Shown: positions 37,203 to 50,293, counted from the first letter of the stretch. The stretch is 64,000 nt of DNA from an uncultured Gemmatimonadaceae bacterium (GCA_963781585.1 CAWAGQ010000006.1:352001-416000); one strand, 5' to 3'. Made by a program: numbers and translations. Notes: generated by a model not told the origin, from the letters alone.

Positions 37203-37550
37203 TCAGGCAGGAACCGGCGACGGCGCGGCGAGCGCCTTGGTAACAGCGCGGACGTATCGCTCCCAACTCGAGACCTCGGACCTCAGCTGCTGACGGCCGG
37301 TGCGCGTCAACTGGTAGTACTTCGCCTTGCGGTTGTTCTCGGAATACCCCCAGTCGCCGGTGAGCCACCCCCTGCGTTCCAGCCGATGGAGCGCGGTGTA
37401 CAGGGGACCTTCCTCCACCAGCAGCTCCTCGTCGGTCACCGACCCGATCCACTCCGCCACCGCGTACCCGTGGCGCGGGCCCCAGGACAGCGCCTTGAGG
37501 ATGAGGACGTCGAGCGTGCCGCGGAGCAGACCGCCGTCGGGATCGAGCAT
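37203..37550 (-). CDS. PadR-family transcriptional regulator
   Basis: LLRGTLDVLILKAL...HGY...LYTALHRLE...SENNRKAKYY. Confidence 0.95.
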   Translation of the reverse strand: MLDPDGGLLRGTLDVLILKALSWGPRHGYAVAEWIGSVTDEELLVEEGPLYTALHRLERRGWLTGDWGYSENNRKAKYYQLTRTGRQQLRSEVSSWERYVRAVTKALAAPSPVPA

Positions 37551-37556
37551 ATCGGT

Positions 37557-37579
37557 TTCCCCTCTGAGTTAGAGGGGAA
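37557..37579. promoter_or_regulatory. Inverted repeat over the padR RBS (candidate PadR operator)
   Basis: TTCCCCTCT-GAGTT-AGAGGGGAA, 6 nt upstream of the padR ATG. Confidence 0.6.
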
Positions 37580-37869
37580 GCTATCGCGGCGGTCCGTTCT
37601 ATGGAAGGGGAGCCGATCCGGCTTCACGTATTGCGCGCAGCCAGGGCCGACCCGAGCTGCGGGCATCCGACCTCATCGACGCGTCCGCATACACGATGGT
37701 TCGACGACCGCCCCGTCTGCCCCGACCGCCGCGGAGAGGCGCAACGGCGTTAACATTCTGGTCGGCCGTTGATCCCTTCGCGATTGCCCGCCGGACGAGC
37801 GTGCCGCGTGTCCAAGCCGGGAGATCGCCGAATGCTGCCTGCACCGACGCCCAACCCAGGCGAAGAGCC

Positions 37870-40025
<2,156 letters not shown>

Positions 40026-40029
<4 letters not shown>

Positions 40030-40205
40030 GCCCCGAAGCCCGCTGCGTCTTCGAGGGCGTCGGCCAGTCCACGCTCATCAGCCTGCTGCTCGGCTTCATC
40101 CGTCCCACCACGGGCGGCGTGCGTATCGGTGGACTCGAGCCGCGCGCGTTCATCGAGACTCGTGGCGTCAGCAACCTGCGACGACGACCGCCGGGAGAGG
40201 ACTGA
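40026..40205 (+). pseudogene. Remnant of an ABC transporter ATP-binding subunit
   Basis: GVGQSTLISLLLGFIRPTTGGVRIGG is a degenerate Walker A (K to Q) plus the usual following segment; the rest is absent. Confidence 0.55.
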
Positions 40206-40220
40206 CCACTTCCGCTCGCT

Positions 40221-40760
40221 CTACCTGGCGGCTGCCGTGCGAGTGCTGTTGGCGCTCGCCACTGCCCCCGGCGCGAGCACAACCAGCTGACCTGACATCA
40301 TGGGCAGGTGCGCCGCCACGCTGCATACAAACGAGTAGATCCCCGCGCGCCTGGCGACGTACGTCGCCTTCGTCGTCTGCTGCCCGGGGAGCGGCACCAC
40401 CAGGTCCGGCAGGACAAACGAATGCAGATCGTCCTCCGGATTGATGAATGTGAAGTGGATCGTGTCGCCTTCCACTACGGTCAGGGTGCTGGGCGAGAAG
40501 CCGTACACCTCCTTGCCGTCGAGGACGCCCCCCTTGGCGAAATCCGCGGGAAGGAACGGATAGAGATTACGCGCTTCCTTCACCAACAGCGGCACGGTGG
40601 TCACCGTCAGCTCGCGAACGCGCGGCGTATAGGCAGTGGTCTGCACGCGAGCCGTGCTCCCGCCGCAGGCAGCGAGGATGCTGGTGAGGGCTGCGCCGGC
40701 CAGCGGGGCGAGCGTCGAGCCAAACCGGCCGTCGCCAAAGACCGTCCGGGGATTGCGCAT
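40221..40760 (-). CDS. Cupredoxin-domain lipoprotein
   Basis: Lipobox LAAC; FSPSTLTVVEGD, LHSF, CSVAAHLPMM type-1 Cu ligands. Confidence 0.8.
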   Translation of the reverse strand: MRNPRTVFGDGRFGSTLAPLAGAALTSILAACGGSTARVQTTAYTPRVRELTVTTVPLLVKEARNLYPFLPADFAKGGVLDGKEVYGFSPSTLTVVEGDTIHFTFINPEDDLHSFVLPDLVVPLPGQQTTKATYVARRAGIYSFVCSVAAHLPMMSGQLVVLAPGAVASANSTRTAAAR

Positions 40761-40820
40761 TGAGCAGGTCCTCGATTTTTCAGTGAGCAGCGATCGGAAG
40801 ACAGCGATCAAATGGAGCGT

Positions 40821-41618
40821 TCACTTCGTGCGCCGCCGCGCCGCCACGCTCTTCGCCACCTGCGGCTCCACGATCTGCCGGAACCGGGTGAAGTCGTCGG
40901 TAATGGCCATTGCCTTGAGCGACCAGAGCGTGTGCCCACTGTTCCACGTGCCACCGGGGAAGGCACGTCCGGCGCGGTAGCCCGCCTCGCGCACCGCGGC
41001 TTCCGCTTCCGGCGTGGCCACGCCGAACGGGTACGCGAAGAAGTCTACGGACGATCCCAACTGCTTTTGCAGAATCGCCCGGCTCCCTGCGATCTCCTCC
41101 CGGAGCTTTTCGGGATCATGGAGTTGCTTGATCTGGGGATGCAGCTGGGTGTGCGACCCGATTGTCATCCCCGCGCTCTGCATTTCACGAAGCTGCGCCC
41201 AGGTGAAATAGCGGTCGTTCCGGCCGATGGCGTGCGTGAACACGAAGAAGGTCGCGGTGAACCCGTAGCGCCGCAACTCGGGAAACGCGTGCACGTACTG
41301 GTTTTCCCATCCGTCGTCGAAGGTGATGACCACGGCATGCGGCGGAACGGTGCCGCGACCCTCGATGGCATCGACCAGTGCCTGCATCGACACCACGGGG
41401 ATGTGTTGGTCGTGCAGGTACGCGATCTCGCGGTCGAACGATTCCGGCGTCACTTCGAACACCCGGCTGGCGGCCGAGCGGCCGGGTTCGTGTTCGTGAA
41501 TGGAATGGTAGACGAGAATCGGGACCCGGAGGGAGTCGGGCGCGGATGCCGCGGTCTGTGCCGCGGCGGTCATCGGCCACGCGAGCCAGAGCGCGAGCCG
41601 GAGATGTGGGGCGAACAT
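40821..41618 (-). CDS. Polysaccharide deacetylase (CE4/NodB)
   Basis: PILVYH, ITFDDG, GSHTQLHP, FAYPFG. Start placed at ATG 41618. Confidence 0.9.
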   Translation of the reverse strand: MFAPHLRLALWLAWPMTAAAQTAASAPDSLRVPILVYHSIHEHEPGRSAASRVFEVTPESFDREIAYLHDQHIPVVSMQALVDAIEGRGTVPPHAVVITFDDGWENQYVHAFPELRRYGFTATFFVFTHAIGRNDRYFTWAQLREMQSAGMTIGSHTQLHPQIKQLHDPEKLREEIAGSRAILQKQLGSSVDFFAYPFGVATPEAEAAVREAGYRAGRAFPGGTWNSGHTLWSLKAMAITDDFTRFRQIVEPQVAKSVAARRRTK

Positions 41619-41983
41619 GAAGCGATGGATCCAGCGACGGCGCCGCGCGCCGGGTTGAAGAAAGAACGTGAGAGGGCGGGGTGCACCGGAAACAAGAGTG
41701 CTCTCCACCTGATGGACGCGTATGTCGCGGGAAAGATAATCGCGTGCGTTGTCCGCCCGCCGATCGTTAGGGCACTCCCGCTGGAACCGCCCCGTTGGGT
41801 TCGGGGAGAACCCGGGTTCCCGGATCGGATTACGAAACAGGTCGCTCGCTTCGATCGGATCCGCAACAGTTGCGACGCACGGGGCGCCCAGCGTCGAAAG
41901 GGGCGACACACCCACTCACGGTGGCTGGCGAGGCCAGGCGGGCCAGCATCCCGGTGAACAGATGCGCGAAGCCACGGCCGGCG

Positions 41984-43603
41984 TCATGCGGAGCTCCCGG
42001 GCGGTCTGTCTGACGCGGAGGGGGGGGAGGGGGAGGAGGACGGTGTTGCCGCCGGAAGGTGAAGCGGCGAGACCGGGAGCAGGTGCCGCTGCACCTTGCC
42101 TAACGCGTTGCGGGGCAGGGCATCCACCCGCACGAACGCGCGCGGGGTCTTGAACGACGCGAGCTGGCGCGAGCACGCATCGCGCGCGACCGCCTCGTCG
42201 AACTCCGGACCGGCCACCACGCAGGCAACCGGCACCTCGCCCCGGACCGGATCCGGCACGCCCACGACGGCCGCCTCGAGAACGCCCGGGACGTCCGCGA
42301 GCACATCCTCGATCTCGCGCGGATACACGTTGAAGCCGCCGGTGATGATCAGGTCGCTGGACCGTCCGCGCAGCGTGACGTACCCGTCGGCCGATCGCTC
42401 GGCCATGTCGCCGGTGCGGAACCAGCCGTCGGTCGTGAACGCGGCGAGGGTGGCGGCCGGATTCTTCCAGTACCCGGAGAAGACGTTGGGACCGCGCACC
42501 TGGAATTCTCCGACCGTATCGTGCGACACCGGACGGCCGACATCATCGACGATGCGGGCGGAAACGCCAGGCAGCGGCATGCCGACCGTACCGGCGCGCC
42601 GTGCTCCCGCACAGGGATTGCTCGTGTTCATGAGCGTCTCGCTCATGCCGTAGCGCTCGAGAATGGTGTGCCCGTACCGGTCGCGAAACGCGTCGAACAC
42701 GTGGGTGGGGAGGGGCGCCGACCCCGACACGAACAAACGCATGTGGCGGCCGATGCTGCGGGCCGCGTCGGCCGGGAGGTCGAGCAGGCGCAGGTAGATC
42801 GTCGGCACGCCGAAGAAGAGGGTCGGCCGGAACTCGGCGAACAGTGCGGCTGCGGTCTGGTGCGCAAAGCGCTCCACCAGCCGCATCCGGCATCCCGTTG
42901 CCAGCCAGCAGCAGAGGCCGTTGGCCAGCCCGTGCACGTGAAAGAGCGGCAGGACGGCCAGGTAGCGATCCTCACTCGTTATGCGCCAGCATGCCACGAG
43001 GCTGGCGGTGTTGGCGAGGAAGTTGTTGTGCGAGAGCACGGCGCCCTTCGAGCGGCCGGTGGTGCCCGACGTGTAGACGATGGCGACGGGGTCGTCTCCG
43101 TCCAGCGGCAGTCGGATCCGGCCGGGCTCCCGCGGCGCGTGTTCCCCCGATCGGTCGCCACTCGTTGGTTCCGTCGCTCCGGACTCCGATGCCCGCCAGG
43201 CGTCCGCCTCACGCGCCAGCTCCTCGATGTCCACGACCGGCGTGCCGGCTGGGAAGAGCGGCAGGTGGTGGTAGCTCGTGATCACCATCGCGGGTGAAGC
43301 GTCGCCGACGATGTGCGTCAGTTCGCGTTCGCGGTAGAGCACGTTTACGGGCACGAAGATGATGCCCAGTCGCACGCAGGCGACGAACAGATCGATGTAC
43401 TCCGCGCGGTTGGCCAGGTGTACGCAGAGCCGGTCGCCCCGAATCAGGCCGCGAGCCGCGAGGGTACGCGCCATGCGATTGGCGCGGGCGTCGACCTCCG
43501 CGAAGGTCAGCGACGTCGCGCCCCCGCCAGGGGCGTCGACGTCCAGCGCGGTCGCGTCAGGTCGCGCCGCCAGCGACAGATCGAACAGGTCCGCGAGCTG
43601 CAT
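41984..43603 (-). CDS. Acyl-CoA synthetase, malonyl-CoA synthetase (MatB)-like
   Basis: YTSGTTGRSKG, LPLFHVHGL, ERYGMSET, FRTGD, PRNALGK. Confidence 0.88.
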   Translation of the reverse strand: MQLADLFDLSLAARPDATALDVDAPGGGATSLTFAEVDARANRMARTLAARGLIRGDRLCVHLANRAEYIDLFVACVRLGIIFVPVNVLYRERELTHIVGDASPAMVITSYHHLPLFPAGTPVVDIEELAREADAWRASESGATEPTSGDRSGEHAPREPGRIRLPLDGDDPVAIVYTSGTTGRSKGAVLSHNNFLANTASLVACWRITSEDRYLAVLPLFHVHGLANGLCCWLATGCRMRLVERFAHQTAAALFAEFRPTLFFGVPTIYLRLLDLPADAARSIGRHMRLFVSGSAPLPTHVFDAFRDRYGHTILERYGMSETLMNTSNPCAGARRAGTVGMPLPGVSARIVDDVGRPVSHDTVGEFQVRGPNVFSGYWKNPAATLAAFTTDGWFRTGDMAERSADGYVTLRGRSSDLIITGGFNVYPREIEDVLADVPGVLEAAVVGVPDPVRGEVPVACVVAGPEFDEAVARDACSRQLASFKTPRAFVRVDALPRNALGKVQRHLLPVSPLHLPAATPSSSPSPPSASDRPPGSSA

Positions 43604-43771
43604 GTGCGCCGGATTGTAGCTCGGCGACACGGTGATCCGCGAGAGGCTGCTGAGACCGGTTCGTCCTGCGCGCCGACCACCTCGGCGCCGCGGTTTCGGT
43701 CGGCGGACACGCGGGCTAGATTAGCCCGCCCGCGCTTCACGTCCCGATGATGGAGGGCGCGCAACAGGTCA

Positions 43772-46555
43772 ATGCGCATGTCCCGGCTCTCCCGATTCAC
43801 GGCGAACGTCTACGTCGTGGCCGTCGTCCTGGCCGCGATGGCCGGTGCGGTACGAGCGGTCTTCAACGACGTCCTCTCCCGCGAAGCGCCGTACCTGCCG
43901 TTCATCATGGCGGTAACGGTCGCGGCGTGGTACGGCGGTCTTCGCCCCGGCCTGCTGGCATCGGCGTTGGGCGCCGTCCTCTCGCTTGGCTATTTTCTGC
44001 CGCCACTCGGGTCACCCAACTTCGAGTTCGGCGTGCAGGGCGCGGGGCTGGTACTGTTTCTGCTCTCCACCGCCGCCATCTCGTGGCTCTGCGAATCGCT
44101 GCGACGTTCCAACCTGCGCGTGGAGAGCGAACGCGCCATGCGCACGATGAGCGACGAATTCCACGCCGCCATCGCCGATCTCAACTCGGACTTTGCCTAT
44201 CGAGGACACTTCGGGGCGGACGGCGCCATCATCCCGGATGCGGTCACCGAGGGCTTCACCCGCGTGATGGGCTACACCCCGGAGGAAGTGCGGTCGCTCG
44301 GCGGATGGCGTTCACTCATCCACCCGGACGACCTCGCTGTCACCGATCAGTCGGTCCAGCGGCTGCGGCGTGGGGAGACTTCGGAGGGTGAACTCCGGAT
44401 GCGGGCGAAGGATGGGCGGTTCGTGTGGCTGCACCGCCGCAACCGGCCGATCCTCGACGAGCGGGGCAGGGCGACCGGCGCCTACGGCGCCGCCAAGGAC
44501 ATCACCGAGCAGAAGGAAGCCGAGGATTCGCTGCGTGACGGGGAGGAACGGCTGCGGCTGGCGCTCGATGCGGGACAGATGGGGGTCTGGGACTGGAACA
44601 CGGTCACCAACGAGCTCAAGTGGACGGAGAACCTCGAGCCGATTCACGGGCTCGCTCCGGGGACATTCGGGGGAACGATCGACGCGTTCCGCGCCCTCAT
44701 TCATCCGGCCGACCGGCCGCGCGTCGAGGAACTGATTGCGCGATCGCTCGAGCAACGCACCGGCTACGACGCGGAGTTCCGCATCGTCGCGCCGGACGGC
44801 CAGGTGCGGTGGATCGCAGGGAAAGGGATGGTGATCTGCGACGCCGAAGGGAACCCGGTGCGCATGATCGGAGTGGGCATGGATGTCAACGATCGTCGTC
44901 AGGCACGGGAGACCCTGGCGGCGCTGTTGCGCATCAGCGCCCGGGTCAACGCCACCCTCGACCCCGACGCCCTGCTGGACGTCCTGGTGCAGGAGGCCAT
45001 CAATCTGGTCGGCGCGGAGAGCGGCGTTGCCGGGTTGTGGACTCCCGAAGCGATGGTGTGCACCCGGTACTTCGCGAACGGCGAGCCGGTGCCGTTCGAG
45101 TACCGCTGGCCGCCGCTGCACGGCCTGCCGGGATGGCTCATCGTGCACAAGGTCCCGTACCTCACCAACGACGCGGCACACGATCCGCAGGTCGCGCCCG
45201 CGGTCCGCGACCGGTTCGGCTTTCGCTCGGCGCTGTCCACGCCGATCGTGACCTCGGAAGGCGAGATTCTGGGGTTCTTCGAGGTGCATAACAAGCGCGA
45301 CGGGAGTGATTTCTGCGAGACCGATACCGCGCGGCTGACCGCCATCTCCCAATCCGCGTCGGTGGCGGTGCAGAACGCGTTGGCGTACCGGCGGCTGAAG
45401 GAGGCGGAGCAGGAGCTCATTCAGGCCGACCGTCGCAAGGAGGAGTTCATCGCGACGCTGGCCCACGAACTCCGGAATCCCCTCGCGCCCATCCGCAACG
45501 CGGTCGAGATCCTCGGGATGAAGAATTCCCTGGACCCCGATGTGGCCATGGCGCGCGACGTGATCGGGCGCCAACTGCGCCAGATGATCCGCCTGGTGGA
45601 CGACCTGCTCGATGTGAGTCGGATCAGCCGCGCCCAGCTCCAGATCCGGCGCGAGCGCGTGGAGTTCGGCGCCATCGTTCGCAGCGCGGTCGAGACCAGC
45701 CGGCCGCTGATCGACGCCGGCGGCCAGCGCCTGCGCCTCAGCGTGCCTGACGAGCCGGTGTACCTCGACGCCGACGCGGCACGCCTGGCCCAGGTGGTGT
45801 CGAACCTGCTGAACAACGCCGCGAAGTATACACCGGCCGGCGGCATCATCACGCTGACCGCGGCTGCCCGCGAGGGCACGCTCACGATCTCGGTGCGCGA
45901 TACCGGGGTCGGCATCGCACCCGAGCATCTCTCTCGCGTATTCGATCTGTTCTCGCAGGTCGATCCGGCGCTCGAGCGCTCGGCCGGCGGTCTGGGGATC
46001 GGTCTCTCGCTGGTGCGCTCGCTGGTGGAGCTGCACGGAGGGACGGTGGAGGCCCGCAGCGAAGGGCGGAATCGCGGCAGCGAGTTCATCGTCCGGCTCC
46101 CCGGCGTCCAGAACCGCACCCGGCCGCGCGAGACTCCGGTCGATGCCCCGCGGTGGTCACCCGGGGCGCAGAGCGATCGGCGTCGGGTGCTGGTGGTGGA
46201 CGACAACCAGGATTCGACGACCAGCCTCGCCGATCTGCTGCGACGTCGCGGCCACGACGTGCAGACTGCGTACGACGGAGTCGAGGCGATCGCGGTGTAT
46301 CAGACCTTCGCGCCGGACGTGGTGCTGCTGGACATCGGCCTGCCAAAGCTCAACGGGTACGAGGTCGCGCGGCGGCTGCGTCAACTGCCAAGCGGCGCGA
46401 CGGTCCTGCTGGTGGCGGTGACCGGGTGGGGGCAGAGCGATGACCGGCTTCGCTCGCGCGAAGCCGGCTTCGATCATCACCTGGTGAAGCCGGTGAGCCT
46501 GGCTGCGTTCGAGACCCTGCTCACCTCGTCACGGGCAACGCGGCTCCCCGCCTGA
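43772..46555 (+). CDS. Hybrid sensor histidine kinase (DUF4118-like TM, PAS, PAS, GAF, HisKA, HATPase, REC)
   Basis: IHPDD/IHPAD PAS domains, LAHELRNPL, NLLNNAAKY, DTGVGI, GLGIGL, DIGLP receiver. Confidence 0.93.
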   Translation: MRMSRLSRFTANVYVVAVVLAAMAGAVRAVFNDVLSREAPYLPFIMAVTVAAWYGGLRPGLLASALGAVLSLGYFLPPLGSPNFEFGVQGAGLVLFLLSTAAISWLCESLRRSNLRVESERAMRTMSDEFHAAIADLNSDFAYRGHFGADGAIIPDAVTEGFTRVMGYTPEEVRSLGGWRSLIHPDDLAVTDQSVQRLRRGETSEGELRMRAKDGRFVWLHRRNRPILDERGRATGAYGAAKDITEQKEAEDSLRDGEERLRLALDAGQMGVWDWNTVTNELKWTENLEPIHGLAPGTFGGTIDAFRALIHPADRPRVEELIARSLEQRTGYDAEFRIVAPDGQVRWIAGKGMVICDAEGNPVRMIGVGMDVNDRRQARETLAALLRISARVNATLDPDALLDVLVQEAINLVGAESGVAGLWTPEAMVCTRYFANGEPVPFEYRWPPLHGLPGWLIVHKVPYLTNDAAHDPQVAPAVRDRFGFRSALSTPIVTSEGEILGFFEVHNKRDGSDFCETDTARLTAISQSASVAVQNALAYRRLKEAEQELIQADRRKEEFIATLAHELRNPLAPIRNAVEILGMKNSLDPDVAMARDVIGRQLRQMIRLVDDLLDVSRISRAQLQIRRERVEFGAIVRSAVETSRPLIDAGGQRLRLSVPDEPVYLDADAARLAQVVSNLLNNAAKYTPAGGIITLTAAAREGTLTISVRDTGVGIAPEHLSRVFDLFSQVDPALERSAGGLGIGLSLVRSLVELHGGTVEARSEGRNRGSEFIVRLPGVQNRTRPRETPVDAPRWSPGAQSDRRRVLVVDDNQDSTTSLADLLRRRGHDVQTAYDGVEAIAVYQTFAPDVVLLDIGLPKLNGYEVARRLRQLPSGATVLLVAVTGWGQSDDRLRSREAGFDHHLVKPVSLAAFETLLTSSRATRLPA

Positions 46556-46698
46556 CGAGATCCGCGGGAAGACGCATGGGCCGGTTCCCCGGCGACTCGG
46601 CCCTTCTACTTGCCTCCTGATTCGAGCGTGAACGCGGGCCGAGGGGTGGCCTTTGAGCAGGTGATGCCGTTCTGGTTCTAGTCGGCGAGCGTGATTTC

Positions 46699-47062
46699 TT
46701 ACACCTTGCCGGGCCGCAACGAAAGCGCGCTCATGGCCGATCGCGGTCGCAGCAACGCGAGGCCTGCTGGCCGGCACGTGGCCTTCGCCGCCGCGTGCTT
46801 CGTCTGCGCCAAGGCGGCGGCCAGATCGGAGGGGACGGCGATTCCGGGCTTCGGTCTACTGGCCTTCTGCCGACGTTCCAGCCAGAGGGGCTTCACACCC
46901 TCTTCGTTCAGTTCCATCGCCTTCTTCACGAAGCCCGCGAGGACTCTCTTCCGGGGGAACGTCCTTCATTGATGTGATGCGGCCAAGCCCCTTCATGGCC
47001 GCCCGCGCCGCGGGATCGGCGCCGGCTACCTGCTCCGACTGGTCGTCGGAGCGGATTCGCAT
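46699..47062 (-). pseudogene. Degraded YdeI/OmpD-associated family gene
   Basis: AMKGLGRITSMKDVPP, frameshift, then (KRVLAGFV)KKAMELNEEGVK...AVPSDLAAALA...AAKAT; both ends missing. Confidence 0.65.
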
Positions 47063-47162
47063 GCCAAACCAGCAAGGAGCCTGCCGCCTAACGTCTTTTC
47101 AGTCAAGCGGCGCCGGCCCGGGGAGACGGTCAACCGGTCGACGTGGACGCGCAGACAGGGCT

Positions 47163-48419
47163 CTACGCGGCGGTTGACACCCCAGCCATCCGAGAGCCGG
47201 TGACATCATCACGGCTGTCGGGCCGCTCCGCGACGCGCGCGATCGCGCGATAGACCGCGTCGCGCAGCGCCTTCTCGCGCGGATCGTCGCTCAGCCAGAA
47301 GTCCAGCTTGTTCATGACGTACGCGTAACCAAGCCGCGCATCGGGATCGGCGAAGGCGAACGAGCCGCCGGCGCCCGGCGCGCCGAAGGCGCGCTGGCTC
47401 GAGCCAAAGGAGACATCCGGACCGGGCCGCAGGAAGCCAAGCGAGAAGTACGACGGCACGCCCAGCACCTCGTCTTTCGCGCGCGCTACTACGGGCGGCG
47501 CAGTCACGCGCGAGAACGTCTCCGCCGTGATCCCGAGCTCGGCGCCGCCTTCGGCGAAGGCGGAGTATGCGCGTGCAATCGCGCGCGCCGTGCCCACACC
47601 GTTGCCCGCAGGTAGCTCGATCTCGAGCGATCGCCGATCGTTCAGGTCGAGGTTCGAGCCCAGGAACGACCGGCGGAGCAACGAGCCCGGGCGGATCATC
47701 TTCAGCGTCGTCGTGAATGGGGTGTAGTGCAGCGCCAGGAGGCCACGCGCCAGCGACAACGGCCTGACCCTGGCGAGGCGATCGTCGCGCACCTCAACCG
47801 GAAGCCCGATGTAGAACTCCAGCCCCAGCGGTCTGGCGATCTCCTCGTGGAAGAACCGGCCGAGCGTGCGACTTGCCGGGTCGACGCGCCGAATGAGCTC
47901 CTGCATGTACAGCCCGAGCGTCAGCGTGTGGTATCCGTGACGCGTCCCCGGCGGCCACGCCGGCTTCTGGCGGGCGAGCACGCGCGCGACGTAGTCGAGG
48001 TCGCGCAGCTTCTCGATCGTCAGCGTCTCGTCGAGCAGGACGAGCCCCGCCTCGTGTCCCAGGAGCTGCCGGACGGTGATCGCGGACTTGCCATTCTGCG
48101 CGAAGTCCGGCCAGTAGCGCGCAACCGGCGCGTCGTAGTCGAGCCAGCCGCGCGCGTTGGCCACCGCGAGCGTCATCGCGGCGAGGCCCTTCGTGGTCGA
48201 GTTGACGATGACCATGGTGTCCTCGCTCCACGGTGCATCGCCGTCAGGCGAGCGGCGGCCACCCCACAGGTCGACGACCTTCTCGCCGTGCCAGTACGCC
48301 GTGACCGCGGCGCCGATGTCGCCGCGTTCGGTGAAGTTGCGCTCGAACTCGGCGCGCACTTCCTCGAAGCCCGGAGCAAACGACCCCGCGATCCGCGTTG
48401 TGGCCGTCATGGTCGTCAT
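47163..48419 (-). CDS. Serine hydrolase, beta-lactamase class C/esterase family VIII
   Basis: SxxK (STTK), LLGHEAGL, PGTRHGYH, FGAPGAGGS. Confidence 0.9.
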   Translation of the reverse strand: MTTMTATTRIAGSFAPGFEEVRAEFERNFTERGDIGAAVTAYWHGEKVVDLWGGRRSPDGDAPWSEDTMVIVNSTTKGLAAMTLAVANARGWLDYDAPVARYWPDFAQNGKSAITVRQLLGHEAGLVLLDETLTIEKLRDLDYVARVLARQKPAWPPGTRHGYHTLTLGLYMQELIRRVDPASRTLGRFFHEEIARPLGLEFYIGLPVEVRDDRLARVRPLSLARGLLALHYTPFTTTLKMIRPGSLLRRSFLGSNLDLNDRRSLEIELPAGNGVGTARAIARAYSAFAEGGAELGITAETFSRVTAPPVVARAKDEVLGVPSYFSLGFLRPGPDVSFGSSQRAFGAPGAGGSFAFADPDARLGYAYVMNKLDFWLSDDPREKALRDAVYRAIARVAERPDSRDDVTGSRMAGVSTAA

Positions 48420-48607
48420 CGCGCCCTCCTGGTTACCTGCGCGCGACTGTCGCACGCACCCGTGTCAGAATGGTGCGCGGAGGGTCACCTGTCTGTCGGC
48501 GGTATGCAGGCGCGGCGCCGGGTACTTCCCGACCAGGCCATCACGGTTTCACGCACCACAAGAAGCTGGACGACTGCGGCACGCACCCGGGAAACCGGGC
48601 GCCTCCA

Positions 48608-50293
48608 TCACGGCCGCGCCAGGTAGTCCCGTGCCTCCTTCAAGACCGGCCGCGTTCCGGCTTGAGCAACGTCGAGCAACTCCTGGTAGAAGCGACGCGC
48701 CGCAGCGGCGTTGCCCGAAGCGCGCGCAGCCCGGGCCGCGCCAAGCACGCTATTGAAACGCCGTGGGTACAGCTCCAACGAACGCGTGTACGCGACGAGC
48801 GCCGCCGCCGGCTCCTGCCGTTCCAGCAGCAGGTCTCCGAGCAGTTCCTGGGCGGGGAGCGTTGGTCCCGGGGTCACGGGGTGCTTCGGCGTCGAGGCCT
48901 CGAGGTCAGCGGCCTCACGAAGCAGTCTGACGCTGGATTCACCCTCCCCTCCCACGTGCGCGCGCCACGCGCTCAGCTCGAGGTGCAGCATCCGGATGTT
49001 GCGGCCAAACAGGTTCTCCCCCGTCTTACGCGTCGCGGCCTCGAGTTCATCGAGACGATCGTCGGCGGATTTGGCCGCGTCCAGCTCGCCCACGTGTGCG
49101 GCGCCCAGGCCGCGCGCGAACTGGACAATGGCTTCCGGCCAGGTGAAACGGTCCCAGTCGAGGAATTCGGGCTGGCGTGGAACCAGGCGTGCCGCCTCAT
49201 CCCAGGCGTGCCGCTCCAGTGCATACCGGCTCTGTGTCGACGCCAGGTGAAACGCCGTCTTGAACGAGGGTTCCATTCGGGGCGTTGCCCGAAGGCGCGT
49301 CACCGCTGCATCGGCGCTGTCGTCTTCGGCCTTCTGGAGATACGCATACACGAGATACTCCATTGCATGGGGGAACTCGTCCCACACGAATTCCCCATGG
49401 TCTCCGGCCGGAACGTCCAGCGCGGCGGCCGCCGCCCGCTGATTGCCCCGGATCACTCCCTCCCAGTCACCGAGACGCGTGTAGATGTGCGTCGGCATGT
49501 GGAGCGCGTGGGCATTGTGCGGAGCAATCGTCTCGTACTTGCGGATGATTTCCAGCGATTCGTGCTCGCGGCCCGGCACGTCGTTGGCGTGCACGAGGTA
49601 GTGCATGGCGCCGGGGTGGTCCGGATTCCGCTCGTACACGCGAAGGAGTATCCCGGCGGCGCGGTCGGCATGCGCCCGCGAGACGCTATCGGCCGGGGCA
49701 GTGGCCAACAGCGCGAGAGCATAGAACGTGGCCGCCTCGGCGTCATCGGGGAAAGACGAATACAACGTGTCCATGGCCTGCTCCCACCGCCGGATGCGGA
49801 GCCAGTAGTCCGGCGATGCCGGCTCGAGGAAGAACGCGGCCGCGGCGGCGACGAACAGTCGTTCGCGCTCCGTCGGCGGCCGAAGGGCCTGCGCCCTCTG
49901 CACCTCCTCCCACCCGCGCTGCAGCGCTTCCGGTCCGGGCCGCGTCGGCCAGACCGGCTGGAAGAGCGTCATGGCGATGCCCCAATGCGCCATCGCACAT
50001 CGTGGGTCGGTCGATGCCACCAATCGAAACGTCTCCCGTGCCTGTGGATACGTCATGTGATGCAGCAGGGCCACCGCTCGATTGAATTGCACCTGGGCCT
50101 GCGCAGAGCAGCTGACAGGAAAGTTCACTGTCCCCAGGTCGCCCCCGGCTTGTGGCTGGCCCTGACCGCCCGCGGCGTGGGTGCCGGCCACCACAAGGAC
50201 AACCACCAGGCCGATCCCTTCGAATCGGCACCGGAGACGAAATCGGCGGTCCAAATCCCCGGCGTTCCTTTCGGGGAGTGTCCAGCGCGTCAT
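48608..50293 (-). CDS. Exported TPR-repeat protein
   Basis: LGTVNFPVSC, CAMAHWG, PDHPGAMHYLVHAND, HALHMPTHIY. Start placed at ATG 50293. Confidence 0.8.
   Translation of the reverse strand: MTRWTLPERNAGDLDRRFRLRCRFEGIGLVVVLVVAGTHAAGGQGQPQAGGDLGTVNFPVSCSAQAQVQFNRAVALLHHMTYPQARETFRLVASTDPRCAMAHWGIAMTLFQPVWPTRPGPEALQRGWEEVQRAQALRPPTERERLFVAAAAAFFLEPASPDYWLRIRRWEQAMDTLYSSFPDDAEAATFYALALLATAPADSVSRAHADRAAGILLRVYERNPDHPGAMHYLVHANDVPGREHESLEIIRKYETIAPHNAHALHMPTHIYTRLGDWEGVIRGNQRAAAAALDVPAGDHGEFVWDEFPHAMEYLVYAYLQKAEDDSADAAVTRLRATPRMEPSFKTAFHLASTQSRYALERHAWDEAARLVPRQPEFLDWDRFTWPEAIVQFARGLGAAHVGELDAAKSADDRLDELEAATRKTGENLFGRNIRMLHLELSAWRAHVGGEGESSVRLLREAADLEASTPKHPVTPGPTLPAQELLGDLLLERQEPAAALVAYTRSLELYPRRFNSVLGAARAARASGNAAAARRFYQELLDVAQAGTRPVLKEARDYLARP

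Noticed and set aside
41862..41874. CGCAAC-A-GTTGCG palindrome upstream of the deacetylase
   Set aside because: Short and single; plausible by chance.
47163..48419. Possible antibiotic-resistance beta-lactamase
   Set aside because: No signal peptide and GAPG in place of KTG; fits family VIII esterases.
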